Positions 34,252 to 44,215 of a stretch of DNA of 47,732 nucleotides are shown here, one piece after another (positions within the stretch are counted from its first letter, which is position 1; each line of letters opens with the position of its first letter). A program made the translations under genes and the position numbers. The notes under the pieces are model-generated. The model was not told the origin of the DNA. It did no database searches and saw only the letters and a list, made by a program, of their open reading frames with translations. The stretch is from positions 1 to 47,732 of the forward strand of contig NZ_JBQNBV010000001.1 in assembly GCF_052169755.1 (NCBI RefSeq), given 5' to 3'. This DNA is from Selenomonas sp. (GTDB lineage Bacteria > Bacillota > Negativicutes > Selenomonadales > Selenomonadaceae).

Positions 34252-37221
34252 ATGTGCCATAAGACGAGCATCATCATCTTGAGCTATAATACGTTGGAGC
34301 TTTTGCAGCTCTGCATCGCGAGTATACGCGAGTTTACGGAGGCGGGGACGTATGAGATCATCGTCGTCGAGAACGCATCGAAGGACGGCTCGATCGAGTG
34401 GCTGAAGGCGCAGACGGGGCTTACCTGTATTTACAACGAAGAGAATCAAGGCTTTCCCGGAGGCTGCAATCAAGGTCTGGAAATCGCGGCAGGGACGGAG
34501 CTTTTGCTCCTCAACAGCGATACCGTCGTCACGAAGGATTGGCTGAAGAATCTGCGCTTCGCCCTTTACAGCAGCCCGAAGGTCGGCGCTGTGAGCTGTG
34601 TGACGAACCATTGCTCGAATAATCAGCGCATCGATGTATCTTATGAAAGCATCGAAGCGATGCTCGCCTTTGCGGCAGATTACAACCGCTCGAATCCAGC
34701 CCTTTGGGAGAAGCGGACGAAGCTCGTGGGCTTTTGCTTTCTGTTCAAGCGAGAGGTGTTTGAGCGCGTGGGCTTCCTCGATGTCCGCTTCAATCCCGGC
34801 AACTATGAGGATGACGACTACTCGCTGCGCATCCTGCAGGCGGGCTATGATCTGCTTCTCTGCCGAGACACCTTTATTCATCATTACGGCGGAGCATCCT
34901 TTGAAAAGAAGCTCGCTGTACGAAATGCAGCAGAAATGAAAGAGCGCTATAATGCGGCTTTGATGAGAAATCACAAAATATTTTTTGAAAAGTGGCAGGC
35001 GCCTGAGGATTATTGGAAAATGGCGCCGGAAGAGCTGCTTCCTTATCTGCGGCGGCAAGCGCCGGAAGATGTCTCAGCCGCTTCGGCGGCGCAGACGATC
35101 GCCGTTCTTGTGCGCAGGACAAATGAGGAGCGCTATGCGCTCTGCCTGAAATCTCTCTATGCGGCAAATATCCCCGCAGGCTACGCTTTGGAGATTTTCC
35201 CGCTGTCGATAGAGCGATCTTATGCGGCGCAGGTGAATGAAGTCCTTGCCCGCACAACGGCGAAGATCAAAATCTTTATGAGTGATGACGTCTGCCTGAC
35301 CTCGCCTTTGGCGATTGAGCAGATGTTGCGAGTTTTTCAGGATGAGACTGTCGGCATGGCGGGGGTTCTCGGCAGCCGCTCGCTTCCGATGAACGGCAAT
35401 CTTTTGGATGCTCCCGATCTTAGGGGTGGCGTCTATATGCCGATGAAGGGGGATTTGGAGGAGATCCGCTTTGGCAGCGCTGCCGCCGAGAAATTTGTGG
35501 AGGACGTGCGCTTTCTCTGCCCGTCCTTTTTCGCGACGCAGTTCGATCTTGCATGGGACGAGAGTTATGAGGGGCAGTATTATGCCGTTCTCGCGCATTG
35601 TCGCGCGATGGAGGAGCGCAGCAAGAGGCTTGTTGTCCCGCTGCCGCATGAAATCTGGTGCGCCTATCAGCGCGAGAACATATCCTTTGAGGCGGACGAG
35701 AAAGATCGCCGGCGCTACTTTGCAGCCTATCATCCCTATGCGGGGGAGGCGGTCTTTGCCAAGGATCAGCTTGCTCTTTATGCGTGCGGCAAGGAGGCTG
35801 CTGTCGAAGGCTGGCAGAGCTTTTCTCATCCCGAGGGAATCGCCGTCGGCGCTCGGACGAAGTTTCATGAGACGGTGTTGTGCCGGCTGCTGGCAGATAA
35901 TTTCGTGGGCGAGCCGTGCATCTTTGTCGGCGACGACTGCACGATAGACGCATGTTCTACGCTTACGGCATACAATCGCATTGTGCTGGAAAATCTCGTG
36001 ACCGTGGGTGCGAATGTTCATATCAGGGACTATGGCTATGTGGAGGAGGATCTCGGACTCGCCGTGCAAGACCGCATGCTCCTTGGGCATGGGCGCGGCG
36101 TCCATATCGGCTGTGCGGCAGAGATCGGAGCGAATGTCGTCATCGAGGGCGCTGTGCAGATCGGCTGCGGCGCACGCGTCCGCGCGGGAAGCGTGGTGAA
36201 GATCGACATCCCCGCCTACTGCATCGCCGAGGGCAATCCCGCACACGTCGTCAAGGCCTTTTCCTCGCGCGAGGGGAAGTGGCTTGCAACGCCCGACGCG
36301 GCGGCGCTTGCGGAAGTCTTGGCTGAGCGCGAAAAGACGGGGCCGCTTCTGACCTATGCCTTCATCACATACAACCGCAGCCAATATTTGAGAAAGTCTC
36401 TCAGGAGCGTGCTGCAGCAGGCGGCGGACGATCCGCTCGTCGAAGTTCTCGTCTCCGATAATGCCTCGACGGACGAGACGCGGGCTCTCGTAGAGGAACA
36501 GCAAAAGCGGTACAAGAACCTGCGCTATCACTGCAATGAGAAGAATGTCGGCGCGGAGGGCAACATCCATAAGGCGATTGAGAGAAGCCGCGGCGAGTAC
36601 GTCATCGTCGCGGGAGATGACGACTATCTTCTCAATGGTGCGCTTCGTGTCATCTTGGATCATATTCGGAAATATCGGGGAGCGGCGATTTTCCATCTGC
36701 GCAGGGAAGATGTGCCGCGCCGCGTGTATGAGGATGCGGGAATCGTCCCGTATATTGCCTATGTCGGCTATCACATGACGTGGATCGGCGGCATTGCTTT
36801 TCGGCGCGAGCTGTATTCGCTCATTGACGAGCCGCAAAGGTATGATGCTACGCGCTTGCCGCAGGTATATCTGCAGATGGAGATGCTGAAGAAGAATCCG
36901 AAGTTCGTCATCCTCTATGGCATGTTTCTGGCGGAGGGAACGGGCGAGTGCATACCTTCGGGCTTCAATTTCGCTGAAGTTTTTGTCAAGAACTACCTCG
37001 ATATTTTGCAGGAAATTCCTGAAATTCCAGCGTATTTGCTGTCCGACGAAAAGAAGCGCCTGATGGACGAGCTGGTTTACGATTGTTTGGAGAGGATCGT
37101 GCGATATCAGCATGATTTATCGCTGGACGGAATCTTTGACATCGTGCGCGACTATTACGGTGAGGAGCCGTACTACGAAGAAGTCGTAGCGAAGATGAAG
37201 GAGATCTTGCAGGGAGTGTGA
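34252..37221 (+). CDS. Multidomain glycosyltransferase: GT2 (A) + degenerate GT-A-like (B) + hexapeptide acyltransferase-like (C) + GT2 (D)
   Basis: SIIILSYN...VVENASKDG...LLLNSD...YEDDD (A); IAVLVRR...FMSDD (B); LbH repeats ending IAEGNPAHVV (C); FITYNRS...VSDNASTD...AGDDD (D). Confidence 0.88.
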   Translation: MCHKTSIIILSYNTLELLQLCIASIREFTEAGTYEIIVVENASKDGSIEWLKAQTGLTCIYNEENQGFPGGCNQGLEIAAGTELLLLNSDTVVTKDWLKNLRFALYSSPKVGAVSCVTNHCSNNQRIDVSYESIEAMLAFAADYNRSNPALWEKRTKLVGFCFLFKREVFERVGFLDVRFNPGNYEDDDYSLRILQAGYDLLLCRDTFIHHYGGASFEKKLAVRNAAEMKERYNAALMRNHKIFFEKWQAPEDYWKMAPEELLPYLRRQAPEDVSAASAAQTIAVLVRRTNEERYALCLKSLYAANIPAGYALEIFPLSIERSYAAQVNEVLARTTAKIKIFMSDDVCLTSPLAIEQMLRVFQDETVGMAGVLGSRSLPMNGNLLDAPDLRGGVYMPMKGDLEEIRFGSAAAEKFVEDVRFLCPSFFATQFDLAWDESYEGQYYAVLAHCRAMEERSKRLVVPLPHEIWCAYQRENISFEADEKDRRRYFAAYHPYAGEAVFAKDQLALYACGKEAAVEGWQSFSHPEGIAVGARTKFHETVLCRLLADNFVGEPCIFVGDDCTIDACSTLTAYNRIVLENLVTVGANVHIRDYGYVEEDLGLAVQDRMLLGHGRGVHIGCAAEIGANVVIEGAVQIGCGARVRAGSVVKIDIPAYCIAEGNPAHVVKAFSSREGKWLATPDAAALAEVLAEREKTGPLLTYAFITYNRSQYLRKSLRSVLQQAADDPLVEVLVSDNASTDETRALVEEQQKRYKNLRYHCNEKNVGAEGNIHKAIERSRGEYVIVAGDDDYLLNGALRVILDHIRKYRGAAIFHLRREDVPRRVYEDAGIVPYIAYVGYHMTWIGGIAFRRELYSLIDEPQRYDATRLPQVYLQMEMLKKNPKFVILYGMFLAEGTGECIPSGFNFAEVFVKNYLDILQEIPEIPAYLLSDEKKRLMDELVYDCLERIVRYQHDLSLDGIFDIVRDYYGEEPYYEEVVAKMKEILQGV
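34258..34890 (+). repeat. Direct repeat copy 1 (GT2 domain A coding region)
   Basis: Begins CATAAGACGAGCATCATCATC and aligns colinearly by eye with 41461-42093. Confidence 0.85.
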
Positions 37222-37270
37222 GATCTAGGAGGTCAAGCGGACGCAGAAAAGAAAGATGCGGTGAACAAAA

Positions 37271-39187
37271 TTGATAAAGAGACTCAGTATGACAGCGTTT
37301 GCTCTTGTGGAGCAAAATATCTTCGAGGATGAGGAGAAGACGAAAAGGCTTGCTACATTGGGAAGGCGTTCGTACCTGGTGGATGGCAGCATGGAATATG
37401 GAAATCGTGACTGCCACGTTCTGATCGGTAGATATTGCGCTTTGGGACATCGGCTTGTTTTCGAGATGGGACTTAATCATGACTACCATTGTGTCACGAC
37501 GTATCCTTTTGAAGATGTGCTGCAAATCGATGAGGACACTTTGAATCATGCCAAGGGGGTCAATCGCAATCAGATCGTCATCGGCAACGATGTTTGGATT
37601 GGCTGCGATGTGATGCTGATGGGCGGCGTGCGTATCGGCAACGGTGCCGTCATTGGAGCGGGGGCTGTCGTGGCGAAGGATGTGCCGCCCTACGCCGTCG
37701 TCGTGGGGAATCCGGCGCGCGTCATCAAGTATCGATTTCCGCAGGAAATCATCGACAAGCTGCAGAAGATCAAGTGGTGGAACTGGCCCGATGAAAAAAT
37801 CTTGTCCTTGCTGTCGGAACTAAAGGATGTGCGCCGCTTTGTCGATAAGTTTACCGAGGGTGTGCAAGAGGAGACCCGAGATGCGGAATTGACGGCCTCG
37901 CTGAAGGAACTGCAGGCACAAGGATATGCGATTTACTATTGCATCGCTGACGTTGATATGCCGGAGCGGGTCTGGCAAAGGGTGTTTGAGAATTATTTGA
38001 AGGCCTATCGTTATGAGGATAAGACAGCCTTGCTGTTCGGCGTACGGGAAGGACAGGAGACAACGGCTGCGCTATCGTACATGCAGGAGACGTTGGAAGC
38101 GGCGGGAGATGAGGCGCCGCTCGTTCTGACACATTCGTTGGAAGAGAGACTTTCTGTCCCGGTGCTGCGGCAGGTAGATTGTCTCATCACGACGAAGGCA
38201 GGGATCTCTTCTGAGGCCGTCGATCATGCAGGCGATGCGGGGATTCGGATCGCCTACGGTATGGACGAGCAGGAGATGGTCTTCCATCCTAGAAAACTGT
38301 TGACGATTGCTTTCATCACCTACAACCGCAGACAGTATCTTGCAGAATCACTGCCGCGCGTACTGGCTCAGGTCGGGAATCTTGCGCAAGTCGAAGTTCT
38401 CGTCTCGGACAACGCTTCGACCGATGACACACGAGCATTCGTTCAAGAGATGCAGAAGATGTACAAGGAGCTTCGCTATCACTGCAACGAGAAGAATGTC
38501 GGTGTGGAAGGAAACATCCATCGAGCTATGCAGGCGAGTCGCGGCGAATATGTTCTCATCGCGGGCGATGACGATTATTTCTGTGACGGCGCGTTGCATG
38601 TCCTGCTCGATACGATCAGAAAGAATCGCGGGGATGCACTTTTCTATATGGCGCAGAATCCGACGCCGATGCATGTGCACCGTGGTGCGGGCGCTTTGGG
38701 ATACATCGCCAGGCTCAATTACGCCATGACGTGGCTGACTGCTGTCGTCATGCGGCGAGACCTTTATCTTGGCATAGAAGAACCGCAGAAGTATGATGAT
38801 ACGCGTATGCCGCAGGTGTACCTCCAGTTGGAGATGCTCAAACAGAAGGCAGAGTTCACGATCATCGAGGGGCATTTTTTTGCTGAAGGGACGGGAAACC
38901 ACGAACCTGCCGGCTACAACTTCGCCGAGGTATTCATCAAGAACTACCTCGACATCCTGACGGCATGTGTCGATATTCCGCCTGAGCAGATGACGAGGGA
39001 GAAGAAGCGGCTGATGGAGCAGATGATTTTTCCTTGGTGTGAGAAAATCAAGAAGGAAAGACTCGACCTCTCGTTGGCAGGAATCTTCGAAATCGTGCGC
39101 GATTATTATGGGAACGAACCGTACTATGCACAGGTCGTTTCCATCTTGAAAGACCGGGTGTTGAAATCGTCCGACCGTGAAGATTAG
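37271..39187 (+). CDS. CatB/Vat-like O-acetyltransferase fused to GT2 (D) domain
   Basis: [51 protein letters not shown]; then a linker domain; then FITYNRR...VSDNASTD...AGDDD. Start TTG 37271 or ATG 37289. Confidence 0.88.
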   Translation: MIKRLSMTAFALVEQNIFEDEEKTKRLATLGRRSYLVDGSMEYGNRDCHVLIGRYCALGHRLVFEMGLNHDYHCVTTYPFEDVLQIDEDTLNHAKGVNRNQIVIGNDVWIGCDVMLMGGVRIGNGAVIGAGAVVAKDVPPYAVVVGNPARVIKYRFPQEIIDKLQKIKWWNWPDEKILSLLSELKDVRRFVDKFTEGVQEETRDAELTASLKELQAQGYAIYYCIADVDMPERVWQRVFENYLKAYRYEDKTALLFGVREGQETTAALSYMQETLEAAGDEAPLVLTHSLEERLSVPVLRQVDCLITTKAGISSEAVDHAGDAGIRIAYGMDEQEMVFHPRKLLTIAFITYNRRQYLAESLPRVLAQVGNLAQVEVLVSDNASTDDTRAFVQEMQKMYKELRYHCNEKNVGVEGNIHRAMQASRGEYVLIAGDDDYFCDGALHVLLDTIRKNRGDALFYMAQNPTPMHVHRGAGALGYIARLNYAMTWLTAVVMRRDLYLGIEEPQKYDDTRMPQVYLQLEMLKQKAEFTIIEGHFFAEGTGNHEPAGYNFAEVFIKNYLDILTACVDIPPEQMTREKKRLMEQMIFPWCEKIKKERLDLSLAGIFEIVRDYYGNEPYYAQVVSILKDRVLKSSDRED

Positions 39188-39299
39188 CGGATGGGGGAAT
39201 CGCCTGCGCTTCTGTGACAGAGAAGTTGGAAATAGCGGAAGCCTTGGCGATGTCTCCGCAGATCATCCCTGACGTGATGTATGAGAAAGGATTTCTTCC

Positions 39300-41465
39300 A
39301 TGAATGGAAAGAAGATTGCCGTCCTTGTGCGCAAAAGTCATCCGGCAAAGTACGCGCAATGCATAGCCGCCCTGCAGAAAATGAAATGGCCGCAAGATCA
39401 TGTGGCAGAGGTCTTCACGCTCTCTGCGGGAGAACCGTATGCAAAACAGGTGAATGCTGTCTTGAAGGAAACAGACGCCAGGGTCAAGATTTATATCGAC
39501 GACGATCTGCGTCTTGTGTTTCCACAGGCGGTCGAAGAAATCCTGACGATCTTTCAAGACGGAAGCATCGGCATGGTCGGCTTCCTCGGCAGCCGGTCGC
39601 TTCCTGTGAGCGGAAATCTCATGGAATCGCCGTATGTATGCGGCGCCGTGTATGTTCCGTCAGAGAAGGGACTTCAGGAAGCTTGGTTCGGCAGTGGTGC
39701 GGTTGGGGAATGTCAGGATGTTCGCTTCCTTGCGCCTTCATTTTTTGCGACGCAGGGCGACTTTTCGTGGGATGAGGCTTACAAGAATCAATATTATGCC
39801 GTGCTCGCATATAGCAGGCGCTTTGAGCAGCAGGAGAAGCGCATCGTTGTGCCGACCGTAGAGAAGCCGTGGTGCGCTTACCGGGGGCGACACATTTCCT
39901 TCGATGCTGACGAGGGGGATCGCAAGAGGTTCTTTGCCGTGCATCATGCTTATTTGACGGATGATGTGTCGCCTGACAGGCAGATGCTCTACGCGTGCGG
40001 CGAGGATTCTGCCGTCGAAGGCTGGCAGAACTTTTGCCTGCCGGAGGCGATCTCCATCGGTGCGCACACGAAAATTCACGAGAAGGCGCTGTGCCGCGTG
40101 GCGCAGGCGGAGTTTGCAGGTGTCCCACGCATCGTCATCGGAGATGCATGTGCGGTGGATGCGTACAGCACGTTGACGGCGGCTTCCGGCATCGTGCTCG
40201 AAAACTTTGTGACGCTGGCACCGAATGTGCATCTCGTGGATTTCGTGCAGCGAGGCGGGGCTGTCGGCCTTGCCGTGCGCAGCCGCAGCAGCGTCTCGGA
40301 GGTGCGCGGCATACGCATCGGCTATGGGACGCGTCTGGAGGAGAATGTCGTCGTTCGAGGTGCCGTGCAGATCGGACGCGGCTGCATCGTGCGGGCGGGT
40401 TCCGTCGTTCGGATCGACATCCCCGATTACTGCGTGGCGGAAGGGAATCCCGCGCACGTCGTGCAGGCATTTTCTTCGAAAGAAGGACGTTGGCTTCCGG
40501 TAAATTGTGTTGAGGATCTGGCGGCTCTTTTGGCTGAACGGGAAAAGACGCCGCCGATGCTGACGTACGCCATCATCACGTATAATCGCAGTCGCTTCCT
40601 CGCCAAATCGCTAGAGAGCGTCCTGCAGCAGGCGGGCAATGATGCTCTGGTCGAGGTGCTCGTCTCGGACAATGCTTCTACAGATGATACGCGGAGTTTA
40701 GTGGAGGGGTTGCAGAAGAGATACCGGAATCTGCGCTATCATTGCAATGAGCAGAATATCGGCGCGGAGGGGAATGTTCATGTCGCCATGCGCGAGAGCC
40801 GGGGAGAATATGTCATCGTGGCGGGGGACGACGATTACCTGGTGGATGGCACGCTGTATTCGTTGATAGATCTCATGTATCAGTATCGCGGCTATGCGCT
40901 CTTCTACCGCGTATGGTCGGACGATCCTTCGGTCAAGAAGGTCTATACGGGGAGCGGCTGCCTGAACTACCTAGCGCTCCTTCGCTGCGGCATCACATGG
41001 CTGAGCACTATCGCCATGCGGCGCGAATTGTACGATGCCATCGAAGAGCCGCACAAATATGATGCAACGCGCCTGCCGCAGGTGTATCTGCAGATGGAGA
41101 TCTTGAAGCAGAAGCCGGAATTCGCCATTCTCGAAGAGGATGTATTCACGGCGGAAACTGGAGATCATTTTACGACGGGATTCGATGTTGCAGAGGTTTT
41201 CATACAGAATTATCTGCATATCCTGCAGGAGACAGCAGATCCGTCCCCCGAGCAGATGACTCTGGAGAAAAAGACGGTCATGGAGCGTGTCATCTATCCG
41301 TGGTGTTGGAAGATCAAAGCGGGATATTCCACGCTGTCTTTGGAAAAGCTGTTCGACATCGTAGAGAGATATTATAGAGACGAGGCGTTCTACCCGGAAA
41401 TCCTTGCAAAACTCAAGGAAATCTTGGGCGGGAATCCGTCGGGAAGGGGAAGTCATGCGTCATAA
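39300..41465 (+). CDS. Multidomain glycosyltransferase: domains B + C + D (paralogue of the C-terminal three domains of 34252-37221)
   Basis: IAVLVRK...IYIDDD, GFLGSRSLPVSGNL, LbH repeats with VAEGNPAHVV, IITYNRS...VSDNASTD...AGDDD. Confidence 0.88.
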   Translation: MNGKKIAVLVRKSHPAKYAQCIAALQKMKWPQDHVAEVFTLSAGEPYAKQVNAVLKETDARVKIYIDDDLRLVFPQAVEEILTIFQDGSIGMVGFLGSRSLPVSGNLMESPYVCGAVYVPSEKGLQEAWFGSGAVGECQDVRFLAPSFFATQGDFSWDEAYKNQYYAVLAYSRRFEQQEKRIVVPTVEKPWCAYRGRHISFDADEGDRKRFFAVHHAYLTDDVSPDRQMLYACGEDSAVEGWQNFCLPEAISIGAHTKIHEKALCRVAQAEFAGVPRIVIGDACAVDAYSTLTAASGIVLENFVTLAPNVHLVDFVQRGGAVGLAVRSRSSVSEVRGIRIGYGTRLEENVVVRGAVQIGRGCIVRAGSVVRIDIPDYCVAEGNPAHVVQAFSSKEGRWLPVNCVEDLAALLAEREKTPPMLTYAIITYNRSRFLAKSLESVLQQAGNDALVEVLVSDNASTDDTRSLVEGLQKRYRNLRYHCNEQNIGAEGNVHVAMRESRGEYVIVAGDDDYLVDGTLYSLIDLMYQYRGYALFYRVWSDDPSVKKVYTGSGCLNYLALLRCGITWLSTIAMRRELYDAIEEPHKYDATRLPQVYLQMEILKQKPEFAILEEDVFTAETGDHFTTGFDVAEVFIQNYLHILQETADPSPEQMTLEKKTVMERVIYPWCWKIKAGYSTLSLEKLFDIVERYYRDEAFYPEILAKLKEILGGNPSGRGSHAS

Positions 41466-42270
41466 GACGAGCATCATCATCCTGAGCTATAACACGCTGG
41501 AGCTTTTGCAGCTCTGCGTCAACAGTATACGCGAATATACCGAGGTGGGAACGTATGAGATCATCGTTGTAGAGAATGCCTCGAAGGACGGCTCTGCCGA
41601 GTGGCTCAGGGAGCAGATGGATCTCCGCTGCATTTACAACGAGGAAAACAGGGGCTTCCCCGGGGGCTGCAATCAGGGACTCACGGCAGCGACGGGCAGA
41701 GATCTGCTGCTTTTGAACAGCGATACCGTCGTCACGAAGGACTGGCTGAAGAATCTTCGCCTTGCGCTTTACAGCAGCGCCAGGGTCGGCGCCGTGAGCT
41801 GTGTCACGAATTACTGCTCCAACAGCCAGCAGATCGAGGTGCCCTACGAGCGCTTGGAAGATATGCAGGCATTTGCAGCACGCCACAACGTGCCGAATCC
41901 CGCCCTTTGGCGAAAGAGGACGACGCTCGTGGGCTTCTGCTATCTGTTCAAGCGAGAGGTGTTCGAGAAGGTAGGCTTCCTCGATGAGAGGTTCAGCCCC
42001 GGCAACTTCGAGGATGACGACTACTCCCTGCGCATCCTGCAGGCGGGATACGATCTCCTGATCTGCCAGGACACCTTCATCCATCATTTCGGGCACGGGA
42101 GCTTCCTGAAGGGGGGCACGGAGCAGGAGATGCTGGAAAAGCTCAAGCGCGCGGAAGCCCTGGTCGAGCGCAATCAGGCGTTGTTTCAGGAGAAGTGGCG
42201 CGTGCCGGAAATGTATAAGGCGATGGAACCGGAAGAGCTTCGCCGCTATTTGCAGGATGCGAGCCGGTGA
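41455..42270 (+). CDS. GT2 family glycosyltransferase (stand-alone domain A)
   Basis: MRHKTSIIILSYNTLELLQLC..., nearly identical to the N-terminus of the 34252 protein; GGGGA RBS. Confidence 0.9.
   Translation: MRHKTSIIILSYNTLELLQLCVNSIREYTEVGTYEIIVVENASKDGSAEWLREQMDLRCIYNEENRGFPGGCNQGLTAATGRDLLLLNSDTVVTKDWLKNLRLALYSSARVGAVSCVTNYCSNSQQIEVPYERLEDMQAFAARHNVPNPALWRKRTTLVGFCYLFKREVFEKVGFLDERFSPGNFEDDDYSLRILQAGYDLLICQDTFIHHFGHGSFLKGGTEQEMLEKLKRAEALVERNQALFQEKWRVPEMYKAMEPEELRRYLQDASR
41461..42093 (+). repeat. Direct repeat copy 2 (GT2 domain A coding region)
   Basis: Begins CATAAGACGAGCATCATCATC; shares long identical runs with copy 1 (e.g. AACAGCGATACCGTCGTCACGAAGGA, CTGTTCAAGCGAGAGGTGTT). Confidence 0.85.
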
Positions 42271-42323
42271 TGGGGTAGGGGCAGGCGTTTCCCCGAATCC
42301 ATAAAGACAAAGGAGATGAAATC

Positions 42324-43097
42324 TTGAAGACAGTTCTTTTGGCGGGTGGCTTCGGCACGCGCATCACGGAAGAGTCGGAAAGACGACCCAAGCCGATGGT
42401 GGAGATCGGCGGTATGCCGATTCTCTGGCATATCATGAAGGGATACAGTCATTTCGGGTTCAATGAATTTGTTATATGCGCGGGTTATAAGCAGCATATG
42501 ATAAAGGAGTGGTTTGCCGATTACTTCCTGCACACCTCGGATATCACGTTTGACTTTACGCAGGAAAACCGTATGATTGTGCACAACCAGCACACGGAGC
42601 CGTGGAAGGTCACGATCGTCGATACGGGGCTTGACACTCTGACAGGCGGGCGCATCCGGCGCATCCGCAAGTATGTGGATGACGAGACTTTCATGATGAC
42701 CTACGGCGACGGTGTGGCGGACGTCGACATCGGTGAGCTCGTGCGCTTCCATAAGTCGCACGGCAAGGCGGCCACCCTGACGGCGATCATGCAGAAGCAG
42801 CAGAAGGGCATCCTCGACATTGGCTACGACAACTCCGTGCATGCGTTTCGCGAGAAGTCGATGGAGGACAGCGCACCGATCAATGCGGGCTACATGGTGC
42901 TTGAGCCATCGGTCTTTGACTTCATCGACGGCGATTCGACCGTGTTTGAGCAGAAGCCGCTGGAAGAGCTGGCGAAGAGAAGCGAACTCAAGTGCTATCT
43001 GCACAGCGGCTTCTGGCAGTGCATGGATACGCTGCGCGAGAAACTTTTGCTTGAGCGCCTTTGGCAGAATGACAAGGCGCCATGGAAGCTTTGGTGA
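42324..43097 (+). CDS. rfbF: Glucose-1-phosphate cytidylyltransferase
   Basis: LLAGGFGTRITEES..RPKPMVEIGGMPILWHIMK, VDTGLDTLTGGRI, TYGDGV, GFWQCMDTLREK, APWKLW; TTG start after AAGGAG. Confidence 0.95.
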   Translation: MKTVLLAGGFGTRITEESERRPKPMVEIGGMPILWHIMKGYSHFGFNEFVICAGYKQHMIKEWFADYFLHTSDITFDFTQENRMIVHNQHTEPWKVTIVDTGLDTLTGGRIRRIRKYVDDETFMMTYGDGVADVDIGELVRFHKSHGKAATLTAIMQKQQKGILDIGYDNSVHAFREKSMEDSAPINAGYMVLEPSVFDFIDGDSTVFEQKPLEELAKRSELKCYLHSGFWQCMDTLREKLLLERLWQNDKAPWKLW

Positions 43098-43139
43098 AGA
43101 GTGACGTGCGCTCCGCACAGTTTGCAGAGAAAGAGGAAT

Positions 43140-44111
43140 ATGATGAAACTGGAAAAGCTCTATGATTTGTACCAAGAGGGGAAGGCGCCGAAGCGTCTTT
43201 ATTGGGAGCTGGCGCGCGAGCGGCTTGTGCCTCTCTTGGAGGTGCAGCAGATCGTCAAGAAAAATCCCTATTGCAGGAGCGTCGAGATCCGCGAGGACGG
43301 CATCGTGCTCAAGACGCAGGATATTGCGCTCTTCTTCGACATGACGCAGAATATCTGCCGTGCGGAGACGATTCTCATCGGCACGGAGGGCGAGGAGATC
43401 GACTTTATGAGCCGCTTCATCCCGACAAATGCCGTGATCTTCGACATCGGTGCGAACGTCGGGCGCGTGAGCCTGGGGCTGGCGAAGGCGCATGAGGATG
43501 CGACGATCTATGCCTTTGAGCCGGTGGCGGACACCTTCTGCGGCTTGGAGAAGAATCTTCGTCTGAATGCGTGCGAGGAGCAGATCAAGGCGCATCACAT
43601 GGGCTTCTACAGCGAGAGCGGCGACCTCAAGTTCTTTGTGCCTGCGGCGAACGAGGCGGCGTCTTTGCGTCCCGTCACCGATACATACTACTTCAAGGAA
43701 GGCGATCAGGGGCAGGGCGAGCGCAGGGATCGCTTGGACGAGGTCATCTGCCCCGTCGATACGCTCGACCGCTTCGTTAAGGCGAACGGCATCACGCGCA
43801 TCGATTTCATCAAGTGCGACACGGAGGGCGCCGAGAAGATGGTCTTCGCTGGCGGCGCACATGTGTTCAGCGAGCTGCGCCCCGTCGTCTATACGGAGAT
43901 GCTTAGAAAGCACGCGGCGCGATTCGACTACCATCCGAACGATATTATCGAGATGTTCAAGGGCTGGGGCTATGCGTGCTATACGTCAGAAGGAGAGAAG
44001 CTGTTTCCTTTTGCAAAGATGGACGAGACGACGCAGGAGACGAATTTCTTCTTCCTGCATGGCGAGAAGCATCGGGAACTTCTGGATAAATATGCCGATG
44101 GAAGCGTGTGA
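43140..44111 (+). CDS. FkbM family SAM-dependent methyltransferase
   Basis: IFDIGANVG, IYAFEPV, TLDRFV, IDFIKCDTEGAE, RPVVYTE. Confidence 0.9.
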   Translation: MMKLEKLYDLYQEGKAPKRLYWELARERLVPLLEVQQIVKKNPYCRSVEIREDGIVLKTQDIALFFDMTQNICRAETILIGTEGEEIDFMSRFIPTNAVIFDIGANVGRVSLGLAKAHEDATIYAFEPVADTFCGLEKNLRLNACEEQIKAHHMGFYSESGDLKFFVPAANEAASLRPVTDTYYFKEGDQGQGERRDRLDEVICPVDTLDRFVKANGITRIDFIKCDTEGAEKMVFAGGAHVFSELRPVVYTEMLRKHAARFDYHPNDIIEMFKGWGYACYTSEGEKLFPFAKMDETTQETNFFFLHGEKHRELLDKYADGSV

Positions 44112-44215
44112 TGAAAATGCGCTTTCGCTTGTCAGCGTAGGATGCGGGAAAGATTTCCCGTTTGGAAGCGGTGGCGTTTGACCGATGAATCATTTGATGT
44201 TTTGAGGTGAATGGT

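Noticed and set aside
34185..34262. 25-codon TTG-start uORF overlapping the first glycosyltransferase start
   Set aside because: Too short, with no distinctive codon content; cannot be supported from sequence alone.
35074..37113. 679-aa antisense ORF (likewise 27702-29318, 42246-43934, 24443-25804, 3670-4920, 32616-33887)
   Set aside because: All mirror recognised plus-strand genes and lack family motifs or convincing RBSs.
37271..37860. CatB/Vat-like domain as an antibiotic resistance gene
   Set aside because: It is fused to a glycosyltransferase within a glycan locus; sugar O-acetylation is the simpler reading.
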